NCBI GenBank assembly: GCA_963693365.1
Contig: CAVNZM010000006.1
Coordinates: 1,674,001-1,738,000 of the forward strand
Direction of reading: 5' to 3'
Source: Amoebidium appalachense
Lineage: Eukaryota > Protista > Ichthyosporea
DNA length: 64,000 bases
Within the stretch, counting starts at the first letter, position 1; each line of letters begins with the position of its first letter. The notes below the pieces were generated by a model that did no database searches, was not told where the DNA came from, and worked only from the letters and a program-made list of their open reading frames with translations. Shown in pieces: positions 1 through 15,500 of the stretch. The translations under genes and the position numbers were made by a program.

Positions 1-299
1 TAATAGGGGTTCTTTAGGATCTTTTTAAATTGATAACGGGGGGTTGAAGCGCATTTGTTCAACAACACAGGAATCGAAATTGGTGTAGCCCTATGACGTC
101 ATGATTGCGCAAACGTTTTGGTGCGACAGTGTTCGACCTCTGATATTCGGTGAGTGACCGACCTCTGATGGTATCGCCCCCTATCGCACATGTCGCCCCG
201 TTCAACTTTTTACATGTCAGGTAGTTGGCCAGTGTTCAAATCATATTAGAGCCTCTTCCTCTCCCCCACCGTCTCCCTCTTTCTCCTACGATCTCTATC

Positions 300-334
<35 letters not shown>

Positions 335-1076
335 AAACACACACATATCAATAGCTCGCCCCCACCGTCACCCTAGCCCTCTAATATTAGCTCTCTCTTT
401 TATGATCTTTATCTCAGGGCTCTTCTTCCCCTGCCCCTTCCCCCCCCCCCCCCTCCCCAGCCTCCCCCTTTCCCCCCCCGGGGCCCCTTATATTAAATGG
501 AGCAACGCATGGCCGGGCCCCGTTCATGTAGATCATAGTCAACCGGCTGCCACAAACCACCCGGATCCGTGGCAGCAGCTGAACATTCATTCTTTTTAAT
601 TTGCAGACCAATCAAATACATTACATTCGTGTACGGGCCAGTTCATGCTGTGTGTGGTATCCTGGGCAGCATAATATTCACTAACACTTCAAATCTCACT
701 TTCATGCAAATATCTATTCAATTCTTTCGGTTTCGTACAAAAAGGCAAAAAAAAGAAAACATCGATATCATTCGTTACGGAGCACCTTTTACAGACAAAC
801 CAGTCAGGCTCCCAGACCGCATGCTATCAACCAATTTGATTATATTGTATCCATTGCAACACACGACTTTCACAATGTTCCTACGTGCTTACTTCCACGT
901 TGTGAATGTTCTGATGTGTTCTGCCCGTGCCTACAAATGGTGCCAAAAAGACAACAGAGATCCGAATATACGATGTCCATGTCAATTTGGATACACCAAG
1001 CAACCATGGTCATAGCTCCAGACCTTTCTTGCCTGCATATGTTTTCTCACCGCACATTTTGTATGCAGGCAGTAAA

Positions 1077-1494
1077 TCAGTCCTCGTCCTCAGGCACCTC
1101 GGCTGGGTCCAAGACCTCAGCTGTGATGCAGTCAGCCAGCTCTCTCAGGGCCACACGTAGCTGCCGCAGTTGCTCCTCTGTACGGGCACACCCTCAGTCC
1201 CCATCCTAGTCACTGACAACACACTGCCTGCCTGCCTGCCCTCACAGGTGCTAACAGGCACAAGCACAAACATGCATGCACATATGCACTCAGCAGCACG
1301 GACTTTGTCATTCCATTCACGAAGAAGATATTAGACAAGAGAGAAGCATATATTTAACCTATTACACACACCCCCTCCCCCCTCCCCCTCCTCCCCCCCC
1401 CCCCCCCCCCCCAATATATATATATATATACATACACACACACACATATATATATACATACATAATACTAACCCTCCACCCTCCCCCCTCCCCC

Positions 1495-1525
<31 letters not shown>

Positions 1526-2806
1526 AAAAAACCTTAAACACCACCAGTGCCATCACCCCACCCCGGTGATAGCAGACGAAAGAGTGGAAATATATTTTTT
1601 TTTCTTCTTTCCTTTTTCTCTTCTTTTCTTTTTTTATTTTTTTTGGGGGGGGGGAGAGGGAGGGGGGGGGGGGGGGGGGGGGGGAGAGGGGGGAGGGATT
1701 AAGGGGGGAAGAGGGGGAGGGAGGTAAGGCGGGCAGGCAGGGGGGAAAGGGTGGGGGGGGGGGGGGGGGGGGGGGGAGGGGCCAGGAATGGCGGAGAGAA
1801 GGAGAAGAGGGAGGGGAGAAGAGAGGGGAGGAGTGTGTGTGTGGGGGGGGGGGGGGGGGGGGGGGAGGAGGAGAGAGTGGGAGAGAGGGCGAGAGAGAAG
1901 GGAGAGAAAGACAAGCAGCACGTAACTAAGGAGCGAAGTAAACAGTGCACCCACCGCCTTTCTTGACCTCTGCCTCAAGTCGTTCAGCCGCCTGCTTGTT
2001 GAGTTCCTCAAGCACCTCCAGGTCTGCAATCTGCACACCAACACATGCTTAAATGGTGCACTAGTATACGTTTCTGCAACCTAAACTCTGTCGCACATAT
2101 TTCTGCAACCTAAACTCTGTCGCACATATTTCTGCAACCTAAACTATGTTCATATTCTCCCTGGGTCTTTCACGCCACAATGGGGTGAAGTTTCGGTGAG
2201 CTGGAGTGGGCCGGAGAAGTAGGATGGATGGTCAATGGGAAGGGGAGGAGGGGTTCGAGGGAAGTTGGGTGGTTTTGTGGGCGTATAGGGCGGGCGGGGA
2301 GAGGGGGGAGAGGGGGGGATTTCTGCAAACAGTGGCAAAACTATCCATGGAATGACAACGGGAGGTATGAATGGGTTAGTGGGATGATGTAAGTTAGCCA
2401 GGAAGGGGTGAAGGGGGGGGTGGGGGGGTGGGGGGGGGGTGGGGGGATAAATACAAACCAAGGAAGAGAGCACCAACACCCCTAAATGATAAGAGAAGCC
2501 AAGGAGTAATACGTGACTGGTCAAGTTCTAAAAAGCACCTGCTGCTCTGAAGAAGACTCTATTGAGGGCAGGGAGTCGATCAGCAGGTGTGTCTCCTTGA
2601 CTGACCGGATGATGTTCTCCACGTGAAACTGGATGGCTGCAGGAAAAGCGTTAGAACATGTGCTATTCGTTCATTCCGGACATATACATGAACCGTGTAT
2701 GCCCCCTGCTCATTTTCCACCAGGTGTATATGGAACATCCCCACCGCCTCTTAACTCCTGTGCATTCGGTGGACCTAAATCGGCACATCGGCACATCGGC
2801 ACGCAT

Positions 2807-2857
<51 letters not shown>

Positions 2858-4330
2858 CACGCGCGCACGCATCCCTCTTCTTACCCCACCAATCAGGTAC
2901 TTTTCAGTCCACCAATCCCCCACAAACAATCACCACCACATGAACCTGACAAAAATTATCAAACTAAGTTGGGTGTATGATTTTGTGCTTGCTTGTGTGC
3001 TAGAGTGTGTCATGCCAAGGTCCAGTAACGCATCTGAGAGCAATAGGCTGACTGGAATGCTCTGATAGATAATTGGTGGCTGGCGCCGAGTTATTCTGGA
3101 TGGGCCACGGAGCAGCGTGGTAATATAGCAAGCGGGGTACGGTTTACCTGTCTTGCCCTCTACTGGGGGTTTCTTCGGTTCGGGGAACGGCACTGCAAAG
3201 AAGGGAGCCCATGAGTTTCAAGGCACACTAACGATGCACAACTGAAAACCACCAAAAAAGGACATCACCGGAAACGTGCAACAGAACAAGTGCCAACACA
3301 ACCATTACTTTTGTGTAAGCGGTAGGAAAATGCTACAGAATCAGTGACGGCAAGACTGGGGATGTGGTGTTAGTAGCATAAACGTTTACATGTAAGCAAC
3401 CAAGCGTACCGTGGTAGTATCATGGGTGATCGATATTTTTTTGGGTTGTGTATTTTCTTTAGTTGGATATAAAGGGGGTGGGGGTGGGGGTGGGGTTAGA
3501 AAGTAAGTCTACAATCACGACAGACAACACAAACCAAAATTTGCGAAGCACACACACTGAATATAACCATCATAAGCCTCGAGGCCGTGAGCGGGGGAGG
3601 GGGAGGGGGAGGCGGGGGGAGGGGGGGGGGGGAGGGGGGTACGATTGTAGCCGGGCAGCTGTTGGGGTTCCGCATGGTCCTGCAGAAAGCCAATGCTCTC
3701 CACAAAGTTCTTGCCCAGCTGCAAGGAGAAAATGGGTGTAATAAATGACTGGTGCCTGCATAGCGCCCAGTGTGTAAAATAAAAGGTGTGTGATCTATGT
3801 AAACATCCACCTCTCCCGTCCCCGTCCCCCCTTCCCCCCTCCCCCCCCCCCCCCCCCTCTCCTCCAAAAAAAAAAAAAAAAAAAAAAAAACCCCATCAAA
3901 GCACACACACACACGTGTAGAACTACATCCACAAACACATCATCCACCCATCAATCCAACAATCGGTCCACCCACCCACCAACAACCCGCTCGTGCATTT
4001 GGGATATCAACAGAGTTTAGTTAAATCATACAGGGATGGGAAGGGAAGGGGGATGAGCACGAAAAGGTGGGCAGGGAAAGTAATAAACGGAATGCACTGG
4101 GGGTGGGAGTTGTAGTGGCAGTTGGGAATGGAGGGGGGGGAGGGGGGGGGGGGATGCGTAACAGATTACGAAGTACACATTCAGAATGGACAACATAATT
4201 GCGACACATTCGGGGGGGGGGGGGGGGGGGGGGGGGGGAGGGGCGGGGGGGGATTAGAAAGGGAGAGGAATAAGCGGAAGACACTTGGAAGGGCACAGTC
4301 CAGGGAGGGCGACAAGAGGGGGGGGGGGGG

Positions 4331-4411
<81 letters not shown>

Positions 4412-4578
4412 TCCCCTATTTCTCTCTCTAGGTGCAATGTGAGCCTCAGAACCCAGCTTAATTGTGCGATCTCAAGCGTATTGCTTCCAAATAAGGCAAC
4501 ACCATCAGCTAAAGGTAGTGTACACCTCAGCGCACCCACCATTTCCATGCGGTCCTGGAGCTGTGTGATGCGATCCAT
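1077..4578 (-). CDS. MED21: Mediator complex subunit 21 (Med21/Srb7), 6 coding exons, 144 aa
   Basis: GT-AG exons 4540-4578, 3643-3718, 3148-3192, 2539-2636, 1955-2030 and 1077-1177 join in phase (435 nt): MDRITQLQDRMEM-LGKNFVESIGFLQDHAEP...NIIRSVKETHLLIDSLPSIESSSEQQIADLEVLEELNKQAAERLEAEVKKGEEQLRQLRVALRELAD. This matches the recalled Med21 motifs DRLTQLQ and LIDSLP and the C-terminal coiled coil. The ATG sits in a CCACCATGG context. Confidence 0.93.
2071..2155. repeat. 29-bp tandem repeat (~2.8 copies) in MED21 intron 4
   Basis: tttctgcaacctaaactctgtcgcacata starts at 2071, 2100 and 2129; the third copy is degenerate. Confidence 0.85.
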
Positions 4579-4838
4579 GGTGGATGTGTGCCCTGATTGC
4601 ATACCACAGGTTAGTATACCAGCAGTCTTTCACCCGGAATAATACAACAAAGTGAAAGGGTGGGGCGGGAAATGAAAGAAACGGGAAGTCCAAAACCTCC
4701 CATATTTGGCCCATTCTTGAGAGAAGGAAGAATCAGCTGACTCTCTTTGAGAGAGGGAAGAGGGGAGGGGGAGAGAGAGGAAAGAGAACAAATTAGGACG
4801 GGGAGGGAGGAACCGAGGACCCTAGCACAAGCGCTGGT

Positions 4839-4884
<46 letters not shown>

Positions 4885-4886
4885 GG

Positions 4887-4918
<32 letters not shown>

Positions 4919-5063
4919 AGGGGGGGGGGGTTAGAATATCTTACAGAGAAGCACACATTGATGGTGAACAACACCATGCAGAATGCAAAGCACACATAAA
5001 GGGTTGTAAAAGAAGCAGAGCCCATCACCAGGCAAGTAACCGTGTGAAAATCCGTGCAAAGAG

Positions 5064-5121
<58 letters not shown>

Positions 5122-5208
5122 TGAATGCGTCAAAAAGTACGAAGTACACAAGAACAAACGGATAACACGATGCAGAATGCAAGCCATACATAAAGAGTAT
5201 GCATAATA
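4154..5208. repeat. Three copies of the G-tract-flanked dispersed repeat family (4154-4202, 4931-5030, 5120-5208)
   Basis: 5121-5208 reads identically to 60641-60728. The other two are diverged versions sharing GAAGTACACA, ATGCAGAATGCAA or AAGCAGAGCCCATC blocks. Confidence 0.8.
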
Positions 5209-5279
5209 GGGGGGAAGGGGGAGAGGAAGAAGGGGTTGAAGGGAGAGTTGAGCAGGGGAAGTAGAGGAGGGTCCCGGGG

Positions 5280-5314
<35 letters not shown>

Positions 5315-5591
5315 TCAGAGGTGAAAGAAAGAGAGAATCAGAAAGAACGAGGGGGTGGGGTGGGGAGGGGCGGGGGGGGGGGGGGGGGGGAGGGGGGAGG
5401 GGACGGAAGAGGTGGGAGGGAGGGCAGTAGAAAGCGAGGGAGAGGGAGGGAGGGAAGGGAGGGGGGGGGGGGGGGAGGAGGGAAAGAGAGGGGCAGGGGG
5501 GGGGGGGGGGGGGAGCGAGAGGGAGAGAGAGAAACAGGGGGGGGGGGGGGGGGGGGAAGGGGGAGAGGGAGTGTGGGCGAGAAGGAGGAGG

Positions 5592-5664
<73 letters not shown>

Positions 5665-5694
5665 TGTGTGTGTGGGGGGGGGGGGGGGGGGGGG

Positions 5695-5726
<32 letters not shown>

Positions 5727-6684
5727 GAGAGAAAGGGAGCGTGAGACTGTGTGCGTGTAGTATATGTGAGAGGGAGGGGGGGGAGGGAAGAGAGAGAGGG
5801 AGGGAGAAGGAGGGAGAGACGGAGAGAGGGAGGGGCGGAGAAAGATGGAGAAAGAGAGCGAGTGTGTGTGTCTGTGTCTGTGTGTGTCAGGAGTGTAACA
5901 ATCTAAAGCATCGATATACAATGATTGCCACACAAAGGTGCTGTCACACAGAAGTGCTCAGCAGCAGCAGCATTCTTGAAAACTCCCTTACACCAGCACT
6001 TCCGCCTCGCATCTCCCTATTGAACCCAGACAAAACAGCTGAATTTTACCTTAGCTGGCGGTAGGTGGCTTCCTAGGAGTGATGAACGGCACAGCTTTGC
6101 GTCAAAGACCAGTGCAAAGAGAAGCAAGAGCGTGTTTTGATAATGACAACGTTGTTTCTCCTCCGTTCCATCAACCAGCCCTTGCAGAGTCTGGACTATC
6201 GAGCAGTGTGTAGACTTCTTGGGTTCCGCAGCGTGAGTGGTGCGCAAACTTGACAGGATAGTATCCTACAATAACTAGTGCACTTACTGCTCTAACGTCA
6301 TCCCCATCCCTTGCTGGATGTTTGTCTTTGGTTATTACCTTCCCAACATATCTAAGCATTGTCCTACATACTGTGACCCGTTTTGTTTGCACTCTGCTCA
6401 GATTGCTCCAGCTCATGATGATCAGATGGTGTAGACGGAAAGGTGTGTGCGATCGAACGTGAAATTTGTCAAACGGGGTGCAACTTCTAGACAGCATTGA
6501 TTTTATGTGGGTTTATAAAGCAAAAAAAAAAAAAAATAGACTTGGCATCCGCAAATTAAATTCTCGCACACCACCCAAAACGATGTCGCAAACATGCCGT
6601 TTGAAGATTGTTGTGTTTGGCAAGTTTGCCCATGGTTGTTTCACTATTCATATCGTACCCTCGAAGCTACCAGCACACAAGCAG

Positions 6685-9085
<2,401 letters not shown>

Positions 9086-10042
9086 CACTTTGTATTGATG
9101 TCTCAGCTATGGTGCTGAAAGGTTTGAACAGGACGTCTGTATATATGTTTCGGAAAACAAAATATCTGTAATGTTTACAGAACCACGGCAGCTGTATCGT
9201 TTGAATTCGTAGACCAGCTTGGATATCCAAAGACTTAAATGAGCCACTTTTGACTCTGAACAACGCAAGACAGTTAAATAAAAACCCGCAGTCTATGACG
9301 TTAGATAAATGCCATAAAACACTGACCGCGAGTACATGCACAGCCTGTTAACGTAACATATCATATTCTATCGTTTGAGCTTTTGAGCCTTCCGGCAATT
9401 GAAGCAATTGTTTTACAAGTAGACAGCTGAAGTAAGTTTGTTTATAGCAATGACACTATGTTATTTGCCTACGTATCCCCTGCCCCCCCCACCCACCTCT
9501 CCCACGCCCGGTGACATGTGTGATGGATGGTATGCAGATTATGCTTATGTTCACTGTTCCATTTCGTGTTGAGGGTGTCGGTAGTATAGCAGGTAAAGGC
9601 CACACCGCCCCCGTACCATGGTGGTGTCTGTTTTGTGCGTGTGTGTGCGCGAGTGTGTGTCGTGCGTGCGTGCGTGTGTGTGTGCGTGTGCGTGCGCTTG
9701 TGGGTGGGTGAGTGGCAGAGGTACCGGTGTGTGTGTTTGTGACATGTGTTGTGTGTGAGTCGTTCGTGTGTCAGTGTGTGAGTGTGAGTGGAGCCAATGA
9801 TTGTTTTCTTTTTCATATGCGAGGGCGGCGGCCCAAGACGTCGACCAGCCACGGCGAGGCCGGTGGAGCATGGGGCGGGGAGAGAGAGAGGGGGGGGGGG
9901 GGGGGGGGGGGGGGATTACAGGGATATATAGGCAATTTGGTTCGAAGAAAGTCACGGATCATAGTTTATGCAAGAAAGAAAAGTTTACGTCGCGAGCAGG
10001 TACTTACACAGCATTGATATATGTTAGGGTCGCCGGCTTTCG

Positions 10043-10081
<39 letters not shown>

Positions 10082-10559
10082 GGGGGGGGGGGGGGGGGGG
10101 GGGGGGAGTATGCATTGTATCATTGTACATGTGTACACATATCCAGCACGAACTTGAATCTCGCAACGGACTACACAAAGTTGATCAGCTGCAGAGATGG
10201 AAAAAGGGCACACAGAAAAATGACCGGCGAGTATCATACTACTGCAGTTACAGGCAAATGCTGTCTCACAAGTTGAACATATGAGTGTGCCGTACACGTA
10301 AGGTTGATGTTCAGTGGTCAAAGCATGCAAGGGAAAGGCTTCATAGGAATAAGTCCTAGGGGTGAAATAGCCCATATAGGGGAATTAGGCCCGGGACCTA
10401 TTGGGATATAGGAAAGGGTGGGGGGGGGGGGGGGGGGTAGGGAGGGAGGGAAGGGGGGAGGGGGGGATAAATCCCAAGCGGACGAGAAGCAGGGGAGGGG
10501 GGGGGGGTATCGGAGGGGGGTGGGGGGAGGGGGGAGGAGAGAACGACTCTTGAAGAAGA

Positions 10560-10684
10560 GACATTACAATATACCACAGAAAGGGAACTTTGAAGATAGA
10601 AAACAGACACACAAACTGACGGAACATGCAACACAAAGTTAGCTGCAGCTGATCGATATCCGTCCGGTGGGAAGGGGGGGCGGG

Positions 10685-10717
<33 letters not shown>

Positions 10718-11304
10718 GGGGGGGGGGGGGAGGGGGGGGGGGATGTGGGGGGGGGGGGGGGGGGGAGATCTGGGGGGGAAGACGAGGGAAGGGGTGGGGG
10801 GCGGGGATGGAGGGGGGAGAGGGGGTCACTGGGGAGGGAGGAAGGGAGGGGACGGAGGGAGGCGGAGGGGGGGAGCGTAAGTTTGATCCACAAACACATA
10901 CGGAAACTTTGAATGCAAGTAGAAAAAGAGCAGATAACGAACATGCAACACATATACATGGGTGCCTCCCCCCTCCCCCCCCCCCCCCCCCCCCCCCCCA
11001 CACACCCACCAACCCACCAACACACTCTTTGAAGTAGATTTTACTCTTGCTTTCCCGCCCTGCTTCTCCTCCCACCGCCCCCCCTTTCCCTTTTTCTTTT
11101 CTTTTTCTTGGGGCGGGTACCGGTGGGTGGTTGGGTGCTTGTGTTTTGGCCCAGGGGGGAGGGGGCGAGGGAGAGGGAGGGGGGAAGGGGGGAAAGGGGG
11201 ACGGGGCGGGGGGAGGAGGAGGGGTAAGCGTAGAGGGGGAAGGCGTTACAGAGTGTGCCACAACGGGAACCTTGTTGGGGATGGCAAATCGATATTCTCC
11301 CCCA

Positions 11305-11349
<45 letters not shown>

Positions 11350-11518
11350 GGAGGGAGGGGGGGGACTGATTTTAATCCACAAAACGCGTCCGGGAACCGT
11401 GAATGCCAATAGAACACGAACAAAGGAGGAGGGGTAAGCGTAGAGGGGGAAGGCGTTACAGAGTGTGCCACAACGGGAACCTTGTTGGGGATGGCGAATC
11501 GATATTCTCCCCCAGGGG

Positions 11519-11550
<32 letters not shown>

Positions 11551-11832
11551 GGAGGGAGGGAGGAGACTGATTTTAATCCACAAAAAGTGTCCGGGACACG
11601 TGAATTCCAATAGAACACGAACAAATCACGAACATTGATGGCACAATTAGTTGATCATCCCCGGGAGGGGTTCTCCCCCCTCCCCCCCCCCCCCCCCTCC
11701 CCCCAGACACACACCCACACATTCTTTCCAAAAAAGATATTGAGTCATATCCCCCCTCCCCCCCCTCCCCCTTTTTGTTTTTCTCACTTTTTCCTTTTCC
11801 TTCTTTTCTTTTCCTTTTTTCTTTTTTTTTTT

Positions 11833-11894
<62 letters not shown>

Positions 11895-12170
11895 GGGGGA
11901 AGGGGTCCTGAAAATGAGCAGACAGCGAACATGCAACACAAAAGTTATTGATCATATACATGGGTGCCTTCCAACCCACCCCCCCCCACCCCCCACCCGC
12001 CCACCAAACACACTCTTTATAGTAAGTTTTGGACACATGCAGATGCAAACATTCAAGTATGCAAAGGGGGGAGGGGGGAGGCCGGGAAATGTTAATGCTT
12101 ATAGATCTAGAAACGAACAGATCAAGAACATTGATGAAAGACAGAATTAGTTGATCATCCCCGGGAAGCC
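10560..12170. repeat. Mosaic tandem array of diverged units separated by G/C homopolymers
   Basis: Near-identical ~210-bp duplication at ~11215-11424 and ~11425-11625. Recurrent blocks GAACATGCAACACA (~10622, ~10939, ~11927) and AATTAGTTGATCATCCCCGGGA (~11645, ~12145). 12031-12063 matches the core of the dispersed intronic family. Confidence 0.75.
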
Positions 12171-12501
12171 CCCCCCCCCCGTCCCCTCCACTTTCTTTCT
12201 TTCTTTTTTTCTTTTTCTTTTGTGTGTATGTGTGTAAGAAGGGGGGAGGGGGGGGGGGTCTTTTCCTTTCTTTCTTTCTTTCTTTTTTTGCGGAGGACGG
12301 GGGGGGGGGGGGGGGGGGTTGAAATGTGTTAATCAAGTAAAGAGTACACAAGATTACTCTTTATTTGGTTGCCTCTCTGAGTGCTCATTAACAGGTGCCG
12401 GGTTCTTTATCTGCCCTAGTTTACATACAATTAGATTCTGAGGTTATCGAGAACATTACACACATTTAACAAGATGAATCATACATTTTCTTGTCAGAAT
12501 C

Positions 12502-15500
12502 TCACCATGAATCACTTCGATACTTGTTCAGGGAGGCCGGCGGGGCGCTAATCGCCCCACATACACAGACATTAGATATTTCGGTAGAAGCAGCGGAGGG
12601 GTACACACGCCGTTTCACACTGTGAGCAATACTACCGAAGCGGGACCACACACCAAAGTAGCGCAGAATAAGGAGGATGGGAAGAAGAACGGGCCAGGTG
12701 AAGAGAACGATGGGAATACTGATGGCACCTCCGACGAGCAGAACAACTGCAACGATAAGTTTGTGGATGATCTCACTGACCCAGCCTCGCGTAGCCGTGT
12801 GCTGCACAGGAGGAGCAACGTAGAAATCTGCATTGCCGATGTGCAATGTTAGCGGTACTGATACATAATTGATCATTAGACTTTTTACCGTGTGCTATAA
12901 CAATGATGCACAATGAAAGGGGTAACAAAGAATTGCTGTCCCCCCCCCCCCCTGTTGGAGTACACTGGTACTCCCGGCTAGCAATGTCTGTTAGAGAAAG
13001 TTTCTGAGCAATTGAATAACTGTTTCAACACTCACTCGAGTGCATAGAGCTTTTGTTTACGGTCATATTCATATATGGTAGTTATATGTTTGAGCCAAAA
13101 CTGTACCAATGACGAGCTTCACTAGCAACGTGCTAATTGTGCTCATTAATTAATATTCCCGGTTCAGATGATGTCATGTCTATATTTGCCACAGGATTCT
13201 ATTCTTAGAGTGGTAGTGTGCTTTATTCCCGGATATTCTCAGAATATTTTTAGTTGTGTGAAGCAAGATTTACGTTTAACTGCAATTGGTGTGTTAAACA
13301 CGTTTATTTGTGTGCTTTAGTGCAAGTTAACTAGCCACTCAACGTGCACAGTTAACTTTTATATCTTTAACGACTTGTTTTCATTGTGCTCTCTTTTCGG
13401 CCATGCTGTACATGGCCCACCACCAGGGTGCACACGAGGCCACCATGAGGTGGCCAACGACTATATAAAGCAGTGCCTCCCATGTCACAAACATGGGAAG
13501 CAGAACGTTTGATTTACACTTTTCTACTGTCGTTTCCAGTGCACAAAACACATAGACTAGTTACCCATCATACACGACACTATGTCTGACAACTTACAGT
13601 TGCAGCAACTAGTCCAACTACTGGAGCAGAGGTTGGCCTCACAAGATGCAATCATTTCTGACTTACAGAAGGAACAACGTGCACTAGAACTAGCTTCTAT
13701 GAACACAATGTCCAACAGGGTTATGGGCCCCTCACGTAATGATTCCATCAAGTTCAAGGTCGACATCCCTCTCTTCACTGGCATTGATAATGATTCAGGC
13801 ACGGACTACCACACATGGGCCGAAACCATGTATGTCCAGCTTTCTGGTGCTGGTCTTCTCCACACCATCGCGCCCAGTACGGAGCACCCGGCTACCCGTG
13901 AACAGGTCGACACTGCCCGTTCCTACCTGTGGCAAGCACTCTCGATTGACGTGCGTTGTATCCTAGGGTTAACACGCACCACCACACCTGCGGAGATATG
14001 GTCGGCCCTATCTGCCCACTACCTGGAGCAATCTGAGGCCAATCAGTACGACCTTATCGGGCTGTACATGAATTCTACGCCTGAACCTACGGACACCGCG
14101 ACGAAATACGCCATGAAACTCCGCGGCTACGTGCGGCGCCTGGCCGATTACGGCACACAAATTGGTGATGCTCAAGTGCTGACCAAGCTCACCAACGACC
14201 TCGGCAAGGTGCCTTACTACGAAATGCCTGTAATTGCCTACAAGATGACACCCAAGCCTACCGTGATGGGCCTCCTCCAACAGCTACGGGCATATGAGAC
14301 CAGCCACCCACGTGCACGTGTGACTACCAGCTCCGGGCCGGCCGCCTTCACCACACGGGCTCCTCAACCTGTCATCTGCCACGGCTGCGGCAAACCAGGC
14401 CACATCAAGTCTCAGTGCCCCAACGGCAACGGCCAACACAGCAACTCTGGCAACAACCGTGCCAGCACCTACCCCAAGGGTTCCTGCGTCAACCACCCAC
14501 TGTCTACCAGTCACACTACCGCCATGTGCAAGGGGGGCAACCGTGCCAACGGCCGCAAACCTAAGGGTGGTCCCCTCCTGCCTGGGTCCTGCATCAACCA
14601 CCCTGCCTCTACTACCCACACTACGGCACAGTGCAAGGGGGGGCTGCCGCTCCCCGGGCTTTCCTCATGTCTAGCAACGACTGTGGCACCAACAAGGTGC
14701 TCCTCGACTCTGGAGCCACTGACCATGTGTGCCCCCGGCCCGATGTGTTCATCAACATGCGTGCGGCGCCTTACTCCACGGTCCAAGTAGCCGACAAGGG
14801 TGCATGTGCAGTGCTTGGGGTGGGCGACGTGTTCTTTTCCAGCACCATCGACGGCGTTACTGCGGTGCATCAGCTGACGGATGTACTCTACGTGCCCTCC
14901 ATCCCCGACACTCTCATCAGTGTGTTCACGGCAACTACCAACGGTGTTTTACCCCGCTTTGACACCCGCGGCGGCGTTAAGTTGTGCTACGGCGATCAAA
15001 TTCTGGCCACCGGCTCGGCTGTCGGCACCAAGCTGTACCACATGGCGGTGTCTCTTCTGCGCGCGGACACAACCCCGGACGCCCAAACCACCACTGCTCC
15101 GCGTATCCTCAAGGTTACTGCCGACCTCAACACGTGGCACTACCGTCTGGGCCATGCTGGCATTGACGCTGTACGCTCGGTCATCAAGTCTGCAGGCCTG
15201 TTGGTGGGTGGCGGTGCCAAGTCTCCGGGTGTGTGTGAGCCCTGTGCCCTCGGCAAAGCCCACCGTGTTGCCTTCTCCGAATCAACTAGCCAAGCTCCCC
15301 GGGTCCTAGCCAAGGTTCACAGCGACATCAGCGGCCCCTTCCCTCCCGCGATCGGTGGTGCTCAGTACTTGGCGACGTTCCACGACGAATTCACCGGCCA
15401 CACCACGGCCGTGCCCCTCGTCAAGAAGTCGGACACACTGGCTGCATATGTGACGTACCACAAGGCGGCGGTTACCCAACACGGTGTTCCCATGCAGGTG

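Noticed and set aside
10150-10284. Possible exon ELESRNGLHKVDQLQRWKKG...
   Set aside because: No phase-compatible partner exons or recognisable motif were found, and it shares words with the adjacent repeat array.
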